A stretch of DNA of 64,000 nucleotides from an uncultured bacterium (GCA_964482725.1 CAYZYT010000001.1:86318-150317), one strand, 5' to 3'. Positions 25,349 through 36,174 are shown, numbered from the stretch's first letter. The notes: a model not told the origin generated them from the sequence alone. Program-made: numbers and translations.

Positions 25349-28171
25349 ATGTTAAACTTTGCTTCTTTTTTGAAAAGGGAATGGATCTCTATGGACTTAA
25401 AACGCCTAAAAAAAGCGACCTGCATCTGCATCGCTGTCACCCTATGGTTTGGCCCAAACTCCGGCCTGGCCGTCACGGCCGACAACGCGACGACACCGGT
25501 ACCTCAAGAGATCTCTTTGCCCACCCCTCCCAAGCCAAGCCCCCCAGGCGCTCTTCCCGAAAAAACACAGGAACCCCTCTATTATAAACCCGGCTCCCTT
25601 TTCAAACAGGGGCCTTTGCCCCCCGACATGATCCGGGCCCCCCAAGAAATATCACCGAAAGAGTCCCTCTATATTGTCTCCGAACCCGACTTTTACGCCC
25701 TCAGTCAAACCCTGCCGCTTTCGGATGCCGCGCGATTTTTTTTAGAAGAAACTCTCATCCCTAACGAATCGATCTATTTCATGCCCGGGACGGGCATGGA
25801 CGCCAAGACAGGCATGCCTTACGACCACATCCGCATTCGCTTAAAGGAAAATCTTTTGAGCGAGGTCGGAAATTACACCGCCGCCTCGAAGTTGTCCCTG
25901 CTTATCCCCTTTTTATTAAAAGTGATACAAAAAAACCCTTATTACCGGCAGGTGAAGCTCACGCCCGAGGAAGCCTCCGTAAAACTGAAGCAGACTTTAA
26001 GGACCCTCATGAACTACAACCAAAAATATCCGGACTACGGCGGCTTCCTGCCCTGGGTTGACATCCGGCCCAATGGAACGATCGCGCCGGCCTCCACGAA
26101 AGTCCCCTCGCTGGACAACGGTCAGCTGACCTGGGCCCTGGCTGCGGTCGTTGCCGCGCTGGAAGATTCTGCAGACCCCGAACTACGCAAGATCTCTAGC
26201 ATGGCGCAGGGAATCCTGCACAGCCAAAACTACAGAAAATTCTACGATGACAAATTAAAACTTCTGCACGGCACGATCCAATTTGATACTGAAACGCGCA
26301 CATGGAGCGGGGACACTACTTATTATTTGAATGATATGTTCGAGGGAACGCTCGCCGTACTGTGGGGAGTTCTCAACGGCCAGATCCCGGAAGAAGTTTG
26401 GGACAACTTGTCCATCCCCACCATCGAATACATCACAGCGCATGATGAAAAGATCACGACGCTAGCGGGATTCCGGGCTTCGTTCCACGAGCATTGGGCT
26501 TTGGCTTTTCTTCCTGTCATGAGTTCCGCTCTAGCCCCCCTCTACCAGAACTTTCTTTACGCCCAGGCCGACCACGCCCGCAGGAACCACCTCCCGGGAT
26601 TCCTCAGCACGGCTTATGACCCCAAAGGGATCTACCGTCAGATGGGGGTCCCTTCCATTGCGTACAATCCGGTCGATCGAAGCGATGTGGCCGTGCTTTT
26701 CGCAACCGCCATGGCAATGCTGATCTCTCCAACCGTCGGCGCCTCCTGGCTCATCAAGCTTTATTCCTTTAAAAACTTCATCACACCTTATGGGGGCTAC
26801 GAATCCGTGGGCCGGGACGGTTATGCCGACATCTTCACCGCCGATGCGAAAGGAATGACCCTCCTCGCCGCAAGCGGAGGCGTCGTGGACGAGATCAACA
26901 AATATCTCAATGAACGAACCGTTCCTAGGACCAGCATCCCGATGAACGTGAAACTCATTGAACTGCTGCATGCAAAATACAAGCAAATGCTTGCCGCGCG
27001 CGATGGCCGGCCAATCTTTTTTCCTTCGAAGCCGTTCCCCGCTCCCCCGGAAGACCCGATCGTGGTCAATCCTCAAAAACCTCCCGACGCGGGCGATGTT
27101 TATGATGTGATCGCTCACCTGCAACCCGGCCATTTGCACGGGAAAAATGTCCGGTCCATCGGCCGAAAAACCCTGGAGCAGGATATTTTCCCCGACCAGC
27201 CCATCCAGTTTGAATTTGATATTCCCGCGTACTATTCCTACTTCGATCAGTGGGCCTTCCGAGGCACTTACGTCGATAAAGCCGTCCGCATCGCCGACAT
27301 GCGCTATGTGACCCTCACTGTGCCGGCCCGGAATCCCCCGGGCATGTTCGAACTCGAGATCAAAAGCGACGACATAACCTTAGCGACGGTCATCGTCAAT
27401 ACCACCAAACCGGGAAGGATCTCGGCAGACGGAAACTGGAAAATCCTTGCAGAGAAGATCACGCCGATCCCGGAATCGGATGATAAGCCGTTCAATTACA
27501 TCTCGGTGGCAATCCACGACCCACGGTATCTCCTGGGAGAGTTCACCCGGGGCGGTCGCGAAGGAACGATCCTCTTAAAAGAGATTATCTTGTATAAAAA
27601 GTTCCCCTTTCCGGATACTCCGGAAACTTTATTTGAGCGCCAAGAGAAGGAAGATAATACGGAATTGGAATTGGTGCGCTACTGGCGCTTGAGCCACGGA
27701 GATTTGCCCTTCAGACGAGACGATCTTCGCGGCACCTACTATTTTTCGGGAGGTTTGGGATGGCGGGGCGGGTATATTCCTTATACCAACTTGTCGAAAT
27801 TCCGCTATCTTTACATCAAGGCCCGCAATGTCTCGGACAAAAGCTGCGGCTGTTTTTATGTAGAGCTGAAGCATGAATCGGACCAGCTCCTTGGGGAAAA
27901 AACGCCGATCCACATGCCCGCGGACCAGAAATGGCGCATCTACGAGATCCCCATCCCTCCGCACATCCGTTACACCTTCAATTATATTGCGCTCTCGGAT
28001 CCTTTTTCAAGTTTCGAATTGGGTTCACTCTTGCTTTCGCCCGCTGAGATCACGGGAGATTTAGGCGCTATCGAAAAGGTTTCATACTCACCGCGTGAGC
28101 ATAAACCCCTTGAGTGCACTCATCGCCCCTGCCCGACCACCGCCGCCGACCTAGAACCTAAAGGTCTGTAG
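25349..28171 (+). CDS. Exported glucoamylase-like (alpha/alpha)6 protein (GH144/GH189-like) with C-terminal CBM-like modules
   Basis: TGMPYDH, YTAASKL, YGGFLPW, VPSLDNGQL, GGYES, ADAKGM resemble the beta-1,2-glucanase / cyclic glucan synthase middle domain; NLSKFRYLYI...VELK...WRIYEIPI is CBM-like; start may be 25391. Confidence 0.65.
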   Translation: MLNFASFLKREWISMDLKRLKKATCICIAVTLWFGPNSGLAVTADNATTPVPQEISLPTPPKPSPPGALPEKTQEPLYYKPGSLFKQGPLPPDMIRAPQEISPKESLYIVSEPDFYALSQTLPLSDAARFFLEETLIPNESIYFMPGTGMDAKTGMPYDHIRIRLKENLLSEVGNYTAASKLSLLIPFLLKVIQKNPYYRQVKLTPEEASVKLKQTLRTLMNYNQKYPDYGGFLPWVDIRPNGTIAPASTKVPSLDNGQLTWALAAVVAALEDSADPELRKISSMAQGILHSQNYRKFYDDKLKLLHGTIQFDTETRTWSGDTTYYLNDMFEGTLAVLWGVLNGQIPEEVWDNLSIPTIEYITAHDEKITTLAGFRASFHEHWALAFLPVMSSALAPLYQNFLYAQADHARRNHLPGFLSTAYDPKGIYRQMGVPSIAYNPVDRSDVAVLFATAMAMLISPTVGASWLIKLYSFKNFITPYGGYESVGRDGYADIFTADAKGMTLLAASGGVVDEINKYLNERTVPRTSIPMNVKLIELLHAKYKQMLAARDGRPIFFPSKPFPAPPEDPIVVNPQKPPDAGDVYDVIAHLQPGHLHGKNVRSIGRKTLEQDIFPDQPIQFEFDIPAYYSYFDQWAFRGTYVDKAVRIADMRYVTLTVPARNPPGMFELEIKSDDITLATVIVNTTKPGRISADGNWKILAEKITPIPESDDKPFNYISVAIHDPRYLLGEFTRGGREGTILLKEIILYKKFPFPDTPETLFERQEKEDNTELELVRYWRLSHGDLPFRRDDLRGTYYFSGGLGWRGGYIPYTNLSKFRYLYIKARNVSDKSCGCFYVELKHESDQLLGEKTPIHMPADQKWRIYEIPIPPHIRYTFNYIALSDPFSSFELGSLLLSPAEITGDLGAIEKVSYSPREHKPLECTHRPCPTTAADLEPKGL

Positions 28172-28557
28172 ATCCATCCTGCGACGATACCACCGACGAT
28201 GCATTCCACCATCCCTCCCAGGAACCACGCCACGGGGATCACGACGGGAAGCGGCATGACGGCATAGCACATCATATTCGCGGCCGCAAACACCAAAAGT
28301 CCGGCCAAGACCCCGAACCGCAACCCCTGCCCAAGCCCCGGCTTGTCCTTTTCATAACCCTTAGCGAAGATCCAGACAAAGAAGAGAGCAAAGACCGGAT
28401 ATCCCGCCCAGATAAAGAGGCCTTTTATTTCAGCTTCGGGCCGCCAAAGATGAAGGGTCTGTTTATAAGCATCCATCAGGATCACGTTGTGCAGGACTAT
28501 ATCGATCGCGACGATCACGGCCGTAACCGCGAGCACAGCTCCTATGAAACGTTTCAT
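28120..28557 (-). CDS. Four-TM membrane protein (DUF1761-like)
   Basis: Four hydrophobic helices, GLRFG motif; AAGGAG RBS. Confidence 0.65.
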   Translation of the reverse strand: MKRFIGAVLAVTAVIVAIDIVLHNVILMDAYKQTLHLWRPEAEIKGLFIWAGYPVFALFFVWIFAKGYEKDKPGLGQGLRFGVLAGLLVFAAANMMCYAVMPLPVVIPVAWFLGGMVECIVGGIVAGWIYRPLGSRSAAVVGQGR

Positions 28558-28600
28558 AATCTCCTCCTTTTGGCTTTGAGACTGAAAGGTTTTGATTTCC

Positions 28601-31600
28601 CTAGATCTTCTGACTGGCTTGGCTCACCGCGTCATCGATCTGCTTCACGAATTCCTCTTCGCTCTGGCCCCCAAGGATCTGCTTCACTTGCTGCGGGTTT
28701 TGACGGATCCGCCGGGCTTTCTCTACTAGAGCCGGATCGATCCCTTTTTTCTCAGAAAGAGCGAGGGCTTTGTCCGCGCGATCCAGGGCCTTGGACGCTT
28801 TCTCGGCGGAAAGAGTCTCCTTGCCAAGAGCTTTTTCCTGCTGCTTCATAATATCCTTCGCCTCGCCCCGCTCGATCTTCGGAGAATCTTCCCCGGCGAT
28901 CTTATTCAATTCTTTCTCGAGGTCTTTTTTCTTCGCGTCCATGTAAGCGCTTTCGCGCGGGCTCAGGCCTTCCGTCTTTTCATTGAGCCTTTTCAGTTCT
29001 TTCTCCATAAGATCTTTCCTGATCAGAAGATCCTGATCGGTCATCGCTTGCCCCGAGGTCTTGTAAGATTTGATCTCACCGCCCTCGCCGGGTTTAAAGA
29101 CCGTGGTCTTTCCCTGCGTCGCCTGCCGTGTCCGGACAAACCCGGCCGTGTAGGCGTCTCCGGGACCGGCCGTGGCACCGAACCGGTCATAAGTCTGATA
29201 GCCCACGTCATAAGAACTCAAACCCTTCGTTCTTAAACTCTCATCCACAAAAGCATCCTGAGCTTTGGCGAACTTCTTTGAAAGTTTCTCATTCGCTTTG
29301 ACAAGATCCCCGCCAAAATTCTTATCGGCATAGGTCTTCAGAGAGACCTCGTCGAATTTTGGCAGCGAAGCAAAATCCGCATCGGTATTGACCGAACGGA
29401 CCTTTCGGGAAGCGCTGGAACCGCTATCCCCCACCATCACTTCCTTGATCTTCACGCCGGTGTTCTTCTCAAATTCCGTCATAGTCTTCTTCACGCCGTT
29501 ATCCACCGCGGCATTCACCTCTTGGGAGATCACCTGGTTCATTTTCTTCACATCGTTCGCCCCCAGATGCCCCTTGCGCTCGAGCTGGCTTAATTCCTCC
29601 ATCCCGCCGCCGCGATAAAGTTTTTTGATCGCCTCCGCCCGCGCCGCATCGTCTTTGATCGCAAGAACTTTTTCAACCGACGTTTTCTTTTTGGCCAGCG
29701 ACTTTGAAAGCCCTTCCGTTCCGACTTCCGCGGCCTGTCCGAAGGCTGTCCGCACCGCGGTGGTTGCTTTCTTCGCACCATAAGACATAACCCCGGCCTG
29801 GGCTCTTCCGACCACCTCGGAAGTGGCCATGTTCAGGGTGGTTTTGGCCACCGCGCCCATGATCGAATCGCCGCTCTTCAGATGATCGTAGACCTGATAA
29901 CTCGCGTCGGCGGTGTTGTAAGCAACCTCGGAATAACCGACCGTCACGCTTCCCATAAGCATCCGAAGCGCCATGGCTTTATAAGAGGCTCCACCCTCGG
30001 CATCGGAGCCCGTGACGATCTCGCGCGCCGCGAGCTGCGCGGTATTCGTCATCGTCGCCTTGGAATTCCAGCGGGCATCCAGCGCATCTTGCTTCTGCTG
30101 CTCCTCGAGCTTATCGAGCTTGCTGCGAAGCGCCTCGACTTTTTCATGCTTGGCTTCCGCATCCTTGATCTTCTGTTTCGTGTCCCGGATATCCTGAGAC
30201 ATTCTCTGAAGCTCCTCCCGACGTTTCTGATCCGAGGCCTGGTTGGAGGCCTGGAATTTCTGATAGCTCGACTGTTTCTCCTTGGCCTCTTTTTCATCCA
30301 CCCAGCCCCACTGATCCGTGTAAACCTTGCCCTGACTGATCATGGAGACATCGCTTTCATAGATCTCAGGCTTCACCCACCCGCCTCCGGCCACAGGCGA
30401 CCACACTTTTCCTTCGCCATTCTTTTCCCCGGGTTGGGGGCTTCCGCTGATTTGAGAGGATCCCCCTTCTAAAGAAATAGGCGGAAGTTCTCCTTGGGCA
30501 TCCGTCTTGGGATCCCAGAAATCTCCGTCCAAAACGACCGGAGGCGCTTCTTCAAAAACACTTTCATCCAAAACTTCCTCTTCGTAAGGACTCTCCGTGC
30601 CCCCCCCCGTTGCCGAAAAAAGTTCGTCATAATCCACATCGCGGATCTTTTGGATGATCTCGTCGATCCTCTCCTGCGGTGGCTCTAAAAACTTCTTGTT
30701 CCTTGATTTAAAACCAAGTTCCACAAAGGCAGCCCCGACCCGGAGCTCATAAGAAGTATATACAGGGTCTTTCCCGACTTGCTTAAATCCGCCATCCCCC
30801 AAAGAAACCTTGGTATAGGTCATTTCCGGGCTCGGACTTTTGAGTCGATTATCAATGATGCTCTGAACGAATTTCTCACCCCCCTTAAAAGGATAAAAAA
30901 ACTGCGCGTGAACACTATGCTCCCAGGCAGGTGCGTCATTAGAATCTTCACGAAAAGGCACGATGGGCTCTGAAAAATAGGTTAATAGCATCCAGCTGAG
31001 CCCCGCCTGCTTTCCGCCGCCCGGCATTTTGTCCGTCGTAAGATAAATGCGTTCCGCAAGAAGCGTGCCGGCATTGATCACAAGCGGCTTAAGCGGGGCC
31101 GGAAGACGATCGAACTTGGGATTTCCTTTTTTAAATATCGCACGCCAACCCCCACTTGAGATCTCCGAGAGGATCTTTTCCACCATCGGATAAAAATCCA
31201 TCTGTTGTCCCATAAGCTTTATGGTGTCTGGCGACGTCGATGCATTGAAATAAACCACAGCGCCATCTTTTAGCGCGGCAAAATGCCACTGCTCGGAAGT
31301 TTTACCTTGCCCCCCATCCATAGTTTTTTTGGTCACAAAGCTTTCATCCGCGCCCTTCACCGGAGAAGCGTCTTTGGCGCCATACTGATAATTGTCCTTG
31401 ACCCACTGTTTACGGGTTGCGTACATCCTTTTTTGAAACCCTCCCCATTCCCCTCTGGGGCTAAAAAGATTGATCCGCACGTCGATATCCCATAACCGTT
31501 GTTTTTGGGGCCCGTAAGTTGGGTCATTCACCACCCTACTTTTCTCACGGGAATAATCCAATTCGACTTCATCTGCAGAAAAAGAGTTCCCGACGCTGGT

Positions 31601-33799
31601 TCGTTCAGAATCTCTCTCTCCTTTCTCTGCATAGTTTAGGATCAGTCCCTGTAAAACCCCGGGGATCTTGCCTGGACCAAATTGGGTTTTGTCCGTTGCC
31701 TCCTGATCCTTCGTCCACAGATCGTCGGAAATGACATAATCACATGGTCCGGAATCCGGAGCGGCCGGCTGCTTGGCCGCTTGGGCCTTCACGATCAGCT
31801 TCACGGGAAGTTTCTGCACTAATTTCCCCTGCGGATCACGGACCTCCACATCGGTCGAATAATTTCCGGTCCCGAGATTCTTCGTTTTATAGGCTAATTG
31901 AAAAGCAGCCTTCTGGCCGGCGGGGAGAGTCCCTTGCGCGGGCTCCACTATCAGCCAAGCTTCGTTGGTTTTGAGCGTGTAGGAAAATGGGCCGCCGCCA
32001 TTCGTTATTTCAAATGTTCCGGCAGGAGCGTCACTGCCCCGGAGGATCTCGGATGACAGATCCGCAGGATTAAGGGAAAGTCCGACTGTGCTTTTCACCT
32101 TCACGGTCACAGGGATCACGATCGGTTCTTTGAGGCCTTCTGACTCGACCTTGATCCCGGCTTTTTGCTCATCGCTACCGATTGAACGAGTATGGATAAC
32201 CGCCGCCAAGGCAGACTCCCCGCCGCTCCGGACAACGCCTTCCTGCGGGGTGACGACCAGCCAGGAGGAATCGCTTGATGTTTTAAATGTCACATCCTCA
32301 GAACCTGAATTTTTCAAAACAAGAGATTGCGGTTTCGGGTCTTGGCCGCTCTCCCCTTCAACGTTCAACGCCGAAGGTTCCACCCGAAGCGTGAAAACGG
32401 CTTCGACCTTGAGTTTCACAGAAAGTTTTTCTGGGCTGTTCTCCGCGTTGGGATCTATCACTTGGATCGTGGCCGGATAATCGCCCGCTTTCAGTCCGGA
32501 GGCGCGAACCTTTAAACTGATTTGCGCTGAATCATCTTTTTCAAGGTTCCCTGAAACAGAATCCAGTTCAAGCCACGCAGCATCTTTAACGCACTGGTAA
32601 TGCAACGTTCCGTCGCCGTCATTTTTAAGGGTAAAAGTTGCCGCCGCTTCAAGGTCCTTCCCAGCTTCGGTCTTCAGCTCAAGGACTTGCGGTTCCAGTT
32701 GAATCACGGGAGGCGTCGTGAGCTTGAGCGTTACCGGGATCTTTTTTGAGATCTTTGCGGTTTCATCGGCAATGACGATCTCACTTGTTTGCTCGCCGGG
32801 TGGGATCTCTTTCGTATCATAATTGACCGTAAGAACAGCTTCCTCACCGCCTTGCAGGGTCTTCGCGGCAGGCGTCACGGAAAGCCAAGGGCTCTTGGCT
32901 TCAACCTTGATCGTAACAGCAGACGATCCCGTATTCTCCACACGAAGGGTTTGAGGATTGACCGGTTTTCCTTTCACCGCTTCAGCGGATAGCGCCTGGG
33001 CACTTAGCGAAAGAACATCATTCGTCATAACGAACGCTGTGACCTGAACATTTTGAGGACTGTTCTTGGCGCCCGGCGCGATCACCTCGATCGTGGCAAC
33101 GTGGGTTCCGGCTGACATCGCGGAGCCTTGCATTTTGACGGTCACAGGAACGGATTGGCCGCTGGCGATCGACCCCTTCCCAGGCTCCGCGGTCATCCAT
33201 GAACTGCTGCCTTCTTCTGAAGCCATCCGCAGCGAATAATCAAGTGTTCCGGCGCCCTGGTTTTGGATTACAAAGGTCTGGTCCCCAGCCTTCTCCCCTT
33301 GCCGGAATTTCGTGCTTATTTGTCTCTTGTCCAGCATAAGCACTGCGCCGGGAAGAACACCCAGACGAACGAATATTGTTTGCGGACTGTTCTGAGCGTT
33401 TGCGTCCTCGATCACGATAGGTGCTACATAGTTACCTTCTTGAAGGTCCGCGGTCTTGAAACGAAGAGTGATCGGCTGCTCCGTATCGCCGGAGGAGGTG
33501 CCTTGCGTGGGGCTCGCCTCCACCCAGGGCATATTTGATTTGACGGAGAAGTTGAGAGTCCCGGCCCCGCTGTTTTTAACGCTGAAGCTTGCGTCCTGAA
33601 TGTTCTCTCCCATAACTCCCTGCCCCTTGAGCTCGGTTCCGCTCAAAACAATGAACGGCTTGCTCGGGTCTTTTGGGGTTTCGGTGAGGGAGGTTTTCAG
33701 CGTTTGAGTCAGATCCTCGAGCAAACCGGCGGAACTGACGGGGAGCATAAAAACACAGCACAAAATCAAGGCCAGGGATGCGCTGCGGACAAATTTCAT
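28601..33799 (-). CDS. Large exported protein (~1732 aa): six BACON-like Ig repeats, coiled coil, unknown C-terminal domain
   Basis: Start moved to ATG 33799 (signal MKFVRSASLAL; a terminator and another gene lie upstream); repeats F.(I/V).N.G...L......W(L/V)...P..G at ~31790-33660. Confidence 0.8.
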   Translation of the reverse strand: MKFVRSASLALILCCVFMLPVSSAGLLEDLTQTLKTSLTETPKDPSKPFIVLSGTELKGQGVMGENIQDASFSVKNSGAGTLNFSVKSNMPWVEASPTQGTSSGDTEQPITLRFKTADLQEGNYVAPIVIEDANAQNSPQTIFVRLGVLPGAVLMLDKRQISTKFRQGEKAGDQTFVIQNQGAGTLDYSLRMASEEGSSSWMTAEPGKGSIASGQSVPVTVKMQGSAMSAGTHVATIEVIAPGAKNSPQNVQVTAFVMTNDVLSLSAQALSAEAVKGKPVNPQTLRVENTGSSAVTIKVEAKSPWLSVTPAAKTLQGGEEAVLTVNYDTKEIPPGEQTSEIVIADETAKISKKIPVTLKLTTPPVIQLEPQVLELKTEAGKDLEAAATFTLKNDGDGTLHYQCVKDAAWLELDSVSGNLEKDDSAQISLKVRASGLKAGDYPATIQVIDPNAENSPEKLSVKLKVEAVFTLRVEPSALNVEGESGQDPKPQSLVLKNSGSEDVTFKTSSDSSWLVVTPQEGVVRSGGESALAAVIHTRSIGSDEQKAGIKVESEGLKEPIVIPVTVKVKSTVGLSLNPADLSSEILRGSDAPAGTFEITNGGGPFSYTLKTNEAWLIVEPAQGTLPAGQKAAFQLAYKTKNLGTGNYSTDVEVRDPQGKLVQKLPVKLIVKAQAAKQPAAPDSGPCDYVISDDLWTKDQEATDKTQFGPGKIPGVLQGLILNYAEKGERDSERTSVGNSFSADEVELDYSREKSRVVNDPTYGPQKQRLWDIDVRINLFSPRGEWGGFQKRMYATRKQWVKDNYQYGAKDASPVKGADESFVTKKTMDGGQGKTSEQWHFAALKDGAVVYFNASTSPDTIKLMGQQMDFYPMVEKILSEISSGGWRAIFKKGNPKFDRLPAPLKPLVINAGTLLAERIYLTTDKMPGGGKQAGLSWMLLTYFSEPIVPFREDSNDAPAWEHSVHAQFFYPFKGGEKFVQSIIDNRLKSPSPEMTYTKVSLGDGGFKQVGKDPVYTSYELRVGAAFVELGFKSRNKKFLEPPQERIDEIIQKIRDVDYDELFSATGGGTESPYEEEVLDESVFEEAPPVVLDGDFWDPKTDAQGELPPISLEGGSSQISGSPQPGEKNGEGKVWSPVAGGGWVKPEIYESDVSMISQGKVYTDQWGWVDEKEAKEKQSSYQKFQASNQASDQKRREELQRMSQDIRDTKQKIKDAEAKHEKVEALRSKLDKLEEQQKQDALDARWNSKATMTNTAQLAAREIVTGSDAEGGASYKAMALRMLMGSVTVGYSEVAYNTADASYQVYDHLKSGDSIMGAVAKTTLNMATSEVVGRAQAGVMSYGAKKATTAVRTAFGQAAEVGTEGLSKSLAKKKTSVEKVLAIKDDAARAEAIKKLYRGGGMEELSQLERKGHLGANDVKKMNQVISQEVNAAVDNGVKKTMTEFEKNTGVKIKEVMVGDSGSSASRKVRSVNTDADFASLPKFDEVSLKTYADKNFGGDLVKANEKLSKKFAKAQDAFVDESLRTKGLSSYDVGYQTYDRFGATAGPGDAYTAGFVRTRQATQGKTTVFKPGEGGEIKSYKTSGQAMTDQDLLIRKDLMEKELKRLNEKTEGLSPRESAYMDAKKKDLEKELNKIAGEDSPKIERGEAKDIMKQQEKALGKETLSAEKASKALDRADKALALSEKKGIDPALVEKARRIRQNPQQVKQILGGQSEEEFVKQIDDAVSQASQKI

Positions 33800-33840
33800 A
33801 TTTGATCTCCCGGAGCAAAGCAGTAATGAGATCCCATTTA

Positions 33841-33876
33841 TAAAAAAACGGCCGGAGCTTTTAGACCCGGCCGTTT
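33841..33876 (-). terminator. Intrinsic terminator
   Basis: AAACGGCCGG/CCGGCCGTTT stem with a U tract on the minus strand, after gene 33904-34176. Confidence 0.75.
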
Positions 33877-33903
33877 CCACTGAGTCTATTGTGCCACTTA
33901 ACG

Positions 33904-34176
33904 CTAGAACCCCATTTTCCTTTTCATGTCGTTGCCAGACTTCTGGGCTTCCTTCATGACCTTCTCGGCTTCCCGTCTGGTACAGGCGCCAAGACGATCC
34001 GCTTTTCGTTTTAACAGGATCTGATCCTTTTCCATCCCCTGCTTTCCAAGCGTCCCAAACCAATCTCCGGCTTGATCGATCGGAGTATCCTTAGTGCAAT
34101 CCGCGGCATAAGCGGTCAGGGTGAACCCGCCAAGCATAAGAGTGACAACAAAAAACGCGATGACGAATTTACGCAT
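33904..34176 (-). CDS. Small exported hypothetical protein
   Basis: Signal peptide ending AYA; RBS; followed by a terminator. Confidence 0.7.
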   Translation of the reverse strand: MRKFVIAFFVVTLMLGGFTLTAYAADCTKDTPIDQAGDWFGTLGKQGMEKDQILLKRKADRLGACTRREAEKVMKEAQKSGNDMKRKMGF

Positions 34177-34273
34177 GTTTTTTTCCTTTCGTTTGTTTGG
34201 AGCTACAAAAAACTGCTGTGATTATAATCATAAATCCCGCCCTCGCAACCCCCAAGATGACGGGCGAAAGTCT

Positions 34274-34588
34274 TTAAAAAATTCCTGCCTGTTTATAGTA
34301 ATCGAGAAGGGTTTTAACCGCATGGAGAAACACGGCCACCAGAGCATAGGTCAAGCCCAGCACGATCACCGTCAAGGCAACCTTTTTGCGCCGGCTATAC
34401 ACCGGATTAAACCAAACCAACGGCAAAGCGAACGGCCCCACAGTCAAAAAGCTGATCACTAAAGTCGCGGTCTTGGCATACCATGGAACTTGCGACGCCT
34501 GGGGAAGCTCGGTTAAGAATTCGCCACAATGTTTACATTTGACCGCCTCATCTTGGATCGCCTCAGCGCAAAACGGACATTTTTTCAT
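34274..34588 (-). CDS. Zinc-ribbon membrane protein
   Basis: KKCPFCAEAI...KCKHCGEFL plus two TM segments. Confidence 0.8.
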   Translation of the reverse strand: MKKCPFCAEAIQDEAVKCKHCGEFLTELPQASQVPWYAKTATLVISFLTVGPFALPLVWFNPVYSRRKKVALTVIVLGLTYALVAVFLHAVKTLLDYYKQAGIF

Positions 34589-34595
34589 AGAAAAG

Positions 34596-34841
34596 TTAAG
34601 GCCTTTTGAAGAAACGTTTGATCCATTCAAAAAAACAACCGGCTAGACAACTCGCGGGCGCAAGCCGACTGCCACAGAAAACACAATTCAGAGACTCCGA
34701 GGGCGTCTCTTTCTTACAGGAAGAACAAACGACCGTTTGGGGAGCCGAGACCTCTTCCCGCTCCCATTGCTTCTGGAGTTTTGGGGGAGGTTCCTCGTCT
34801 TTCAGCTCCCAATCCTTCGGCCCCTCTTCATCGTCAAACAT
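34596..34841 (-). CDS. Small zinc-ribbon protein
   Basis: CSSC...CVFCG; GGGGGAG RBS. Confidence 0.65.
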   Translation of the reverse strand: MFDDEEGPKDWELKDEEPPPKLQKQWEREEVSAPQTVVCSSCKKETPSESLNCVFCGSRLAPASCLAGCFFEWIKRFFKRP

Positions 34842-34888
34842 CCGAACTCCCCCCGGCTCTCCGAACCTGAAAACCTAATTAAGGATGG

Positions 34889-35923
34889 TTAGATCACGTT
34901 CACTTCGGGAGACAACTCAATCCCGAACTTCTCTTTTACGGAGCAGAAAATAGCCTCCGAAAGCTCCAGGATCTCTCGGCCAGTTGCGCCCCCATAATTG
35001 ACGAGCACCAGCGCTTGAGTCTTGTGAGATCCCGCACGCCCCACGGTCTTCCCCTTCCATCCGCATTGTTCCACAAGCCAACCTGCAGGGACCTTCACGG
35101 TACCATCGGGCTGAGGATAGTGCGGCATCTTGGGGTATTGGGAGGCAAGCGTTTCAAATCGACCCAGAGCCATAGAAGGATTTTTGAAAAAACTTCCGGC
35201 ATTCCCAAGCTCTTTCGGGTCCGGAAGCTTGGCGCGCCGTATCCGGCAGATCGCATCACTCACCGCTTTGAGGGAAAGCTCCTGAGCCTTCATTTCCTCC
35301 AAGGTTTTTCGAACCTCGCCGTATTCCATCCGAAAAGGATAATGACTATGGGTCGCAGAAAGTTTTGCGAGTTTGAACGAAACCGATGTGATGAGGAATT
35401 GCCCCTGAAATTTATGTTTAAAAACGCTGTCCCGATATCCGAAGGCGCAATCCGCAGCATTGAATTTCGCCAAAGTCCCCGAACGAATATCGATCGCTTC
35501 CAGCTCATAAAATGTGTCCTTGAGCTCGACACCGTAAGCCCCAATATTCTGGATCGGGGCGGCCCCGATGAGGCCCGGGATCAAGGAGAGATTCTCGAGT
35601 CCTCCGTAATTCTTTTCGATGCACCCCAACACGAAATCGTGCCAGCCCTCCCCAGCGCCGGCCTTCACGATCACTTCCGTCGTGGTCTCATTCACAACCG
35701 TAACGCCGAGGATCGAATTCTTCACGACCCAGCCGTCAAAATCCCCTGTCAAAAGAATATTGCTGCCACCGCCCAGGATCAGCTTCTTTTCTGAGGAGAA
35801 CCGCTCGTCGCTCACAAGCGCTTTGAATTCCTCCGCCGAGCGGATCTCTGTGAAATGTTTCGCCGCAGCGTCGATTCCAAACGTATTATGCGCTTTGAGA
35901 GACTTATTTTTTTCGGTCATCAT
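34889..35923 (-). CDS. murB: UDP-N-acetylenolpyruvoylglucosamine reductase
   Basis: LGGGSN, GLENLSLIPG, APIQNIGAYG, FGYRDS, GNAGSFFKNP. Confidence 0.97.
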   Translation of the reverse strand: MMTEKNKSLKAHNTFGIDAAAKHFTEIRSAEEFKALVSDERFSSEKKLILGGGSNILLTGDFDGWVVKNSILGVTVVNETTTEVIVKAGAGEGWHDFVLGCIEKNYGGLENLSLIPGLIGAAPIQNIGAYGVELKDTFYELEAIDIRSGTLAKFNAADCAFGYRDSVFKHKFQGQFLITSVSFKLAKLSATHSHYPFRMEYGEVRKTLEEMKAQELSLKAVSDAICRIRRAKLPDPKELGNAGSFFKNPSMALGRFETLASQYPKMPHYPQPDGTVKVPAGWLVEQCGWKGKTVGRAGSHKTQALVLVNYGGATGREILELSEAIFCSVKEKFGIELSPEVNVI

Positions 35924-35938
35924 ACGATCAAGGAAGTC

Positions 35939-36097
35939 CTAGCTCTTCTTTTTATCCTGATGGGCCGGGATCCCGAAGCAGACGACGAAATTCCCCCACA
36001 GGACCGGATTAAAGAGCATCCTGATCTGATGATCCCATTTAAAAAGGACCTTTTCATCTCCGAGTGCAGTGGACGCAGACTTTGGGTTGTTATCCAT
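35939..36097 (-). CDS. 52-aa ORF, possibly a truncated gene remnant
   Basis: My translation MDNNPKSAS...KWDHQIRMLFNPVLWGNFVVCFGIPAHQDKKKS; GGAG RBS. Confidence 0.3.
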   Translation of the reverse strand: MDNNPKSASTALGDEKVLFKWDHQIRMLFNPVLWGNFVVCFGIPAHQDKKKS

Positions 36098-36174
36098 TTT
36101 TCTCTCCACTTTCAGGATGGCGATTAAGTTCGCTGTAAAGAGGGGCCATTATACCCCCGATGCTTTTTGGGGGG

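Noticed and set aside
33800-34063. N-terminal extension of the 1820-aa ORF
   Set aside because: Overlaps a separate gene and its terminator; the signal peptide begins at 33799.
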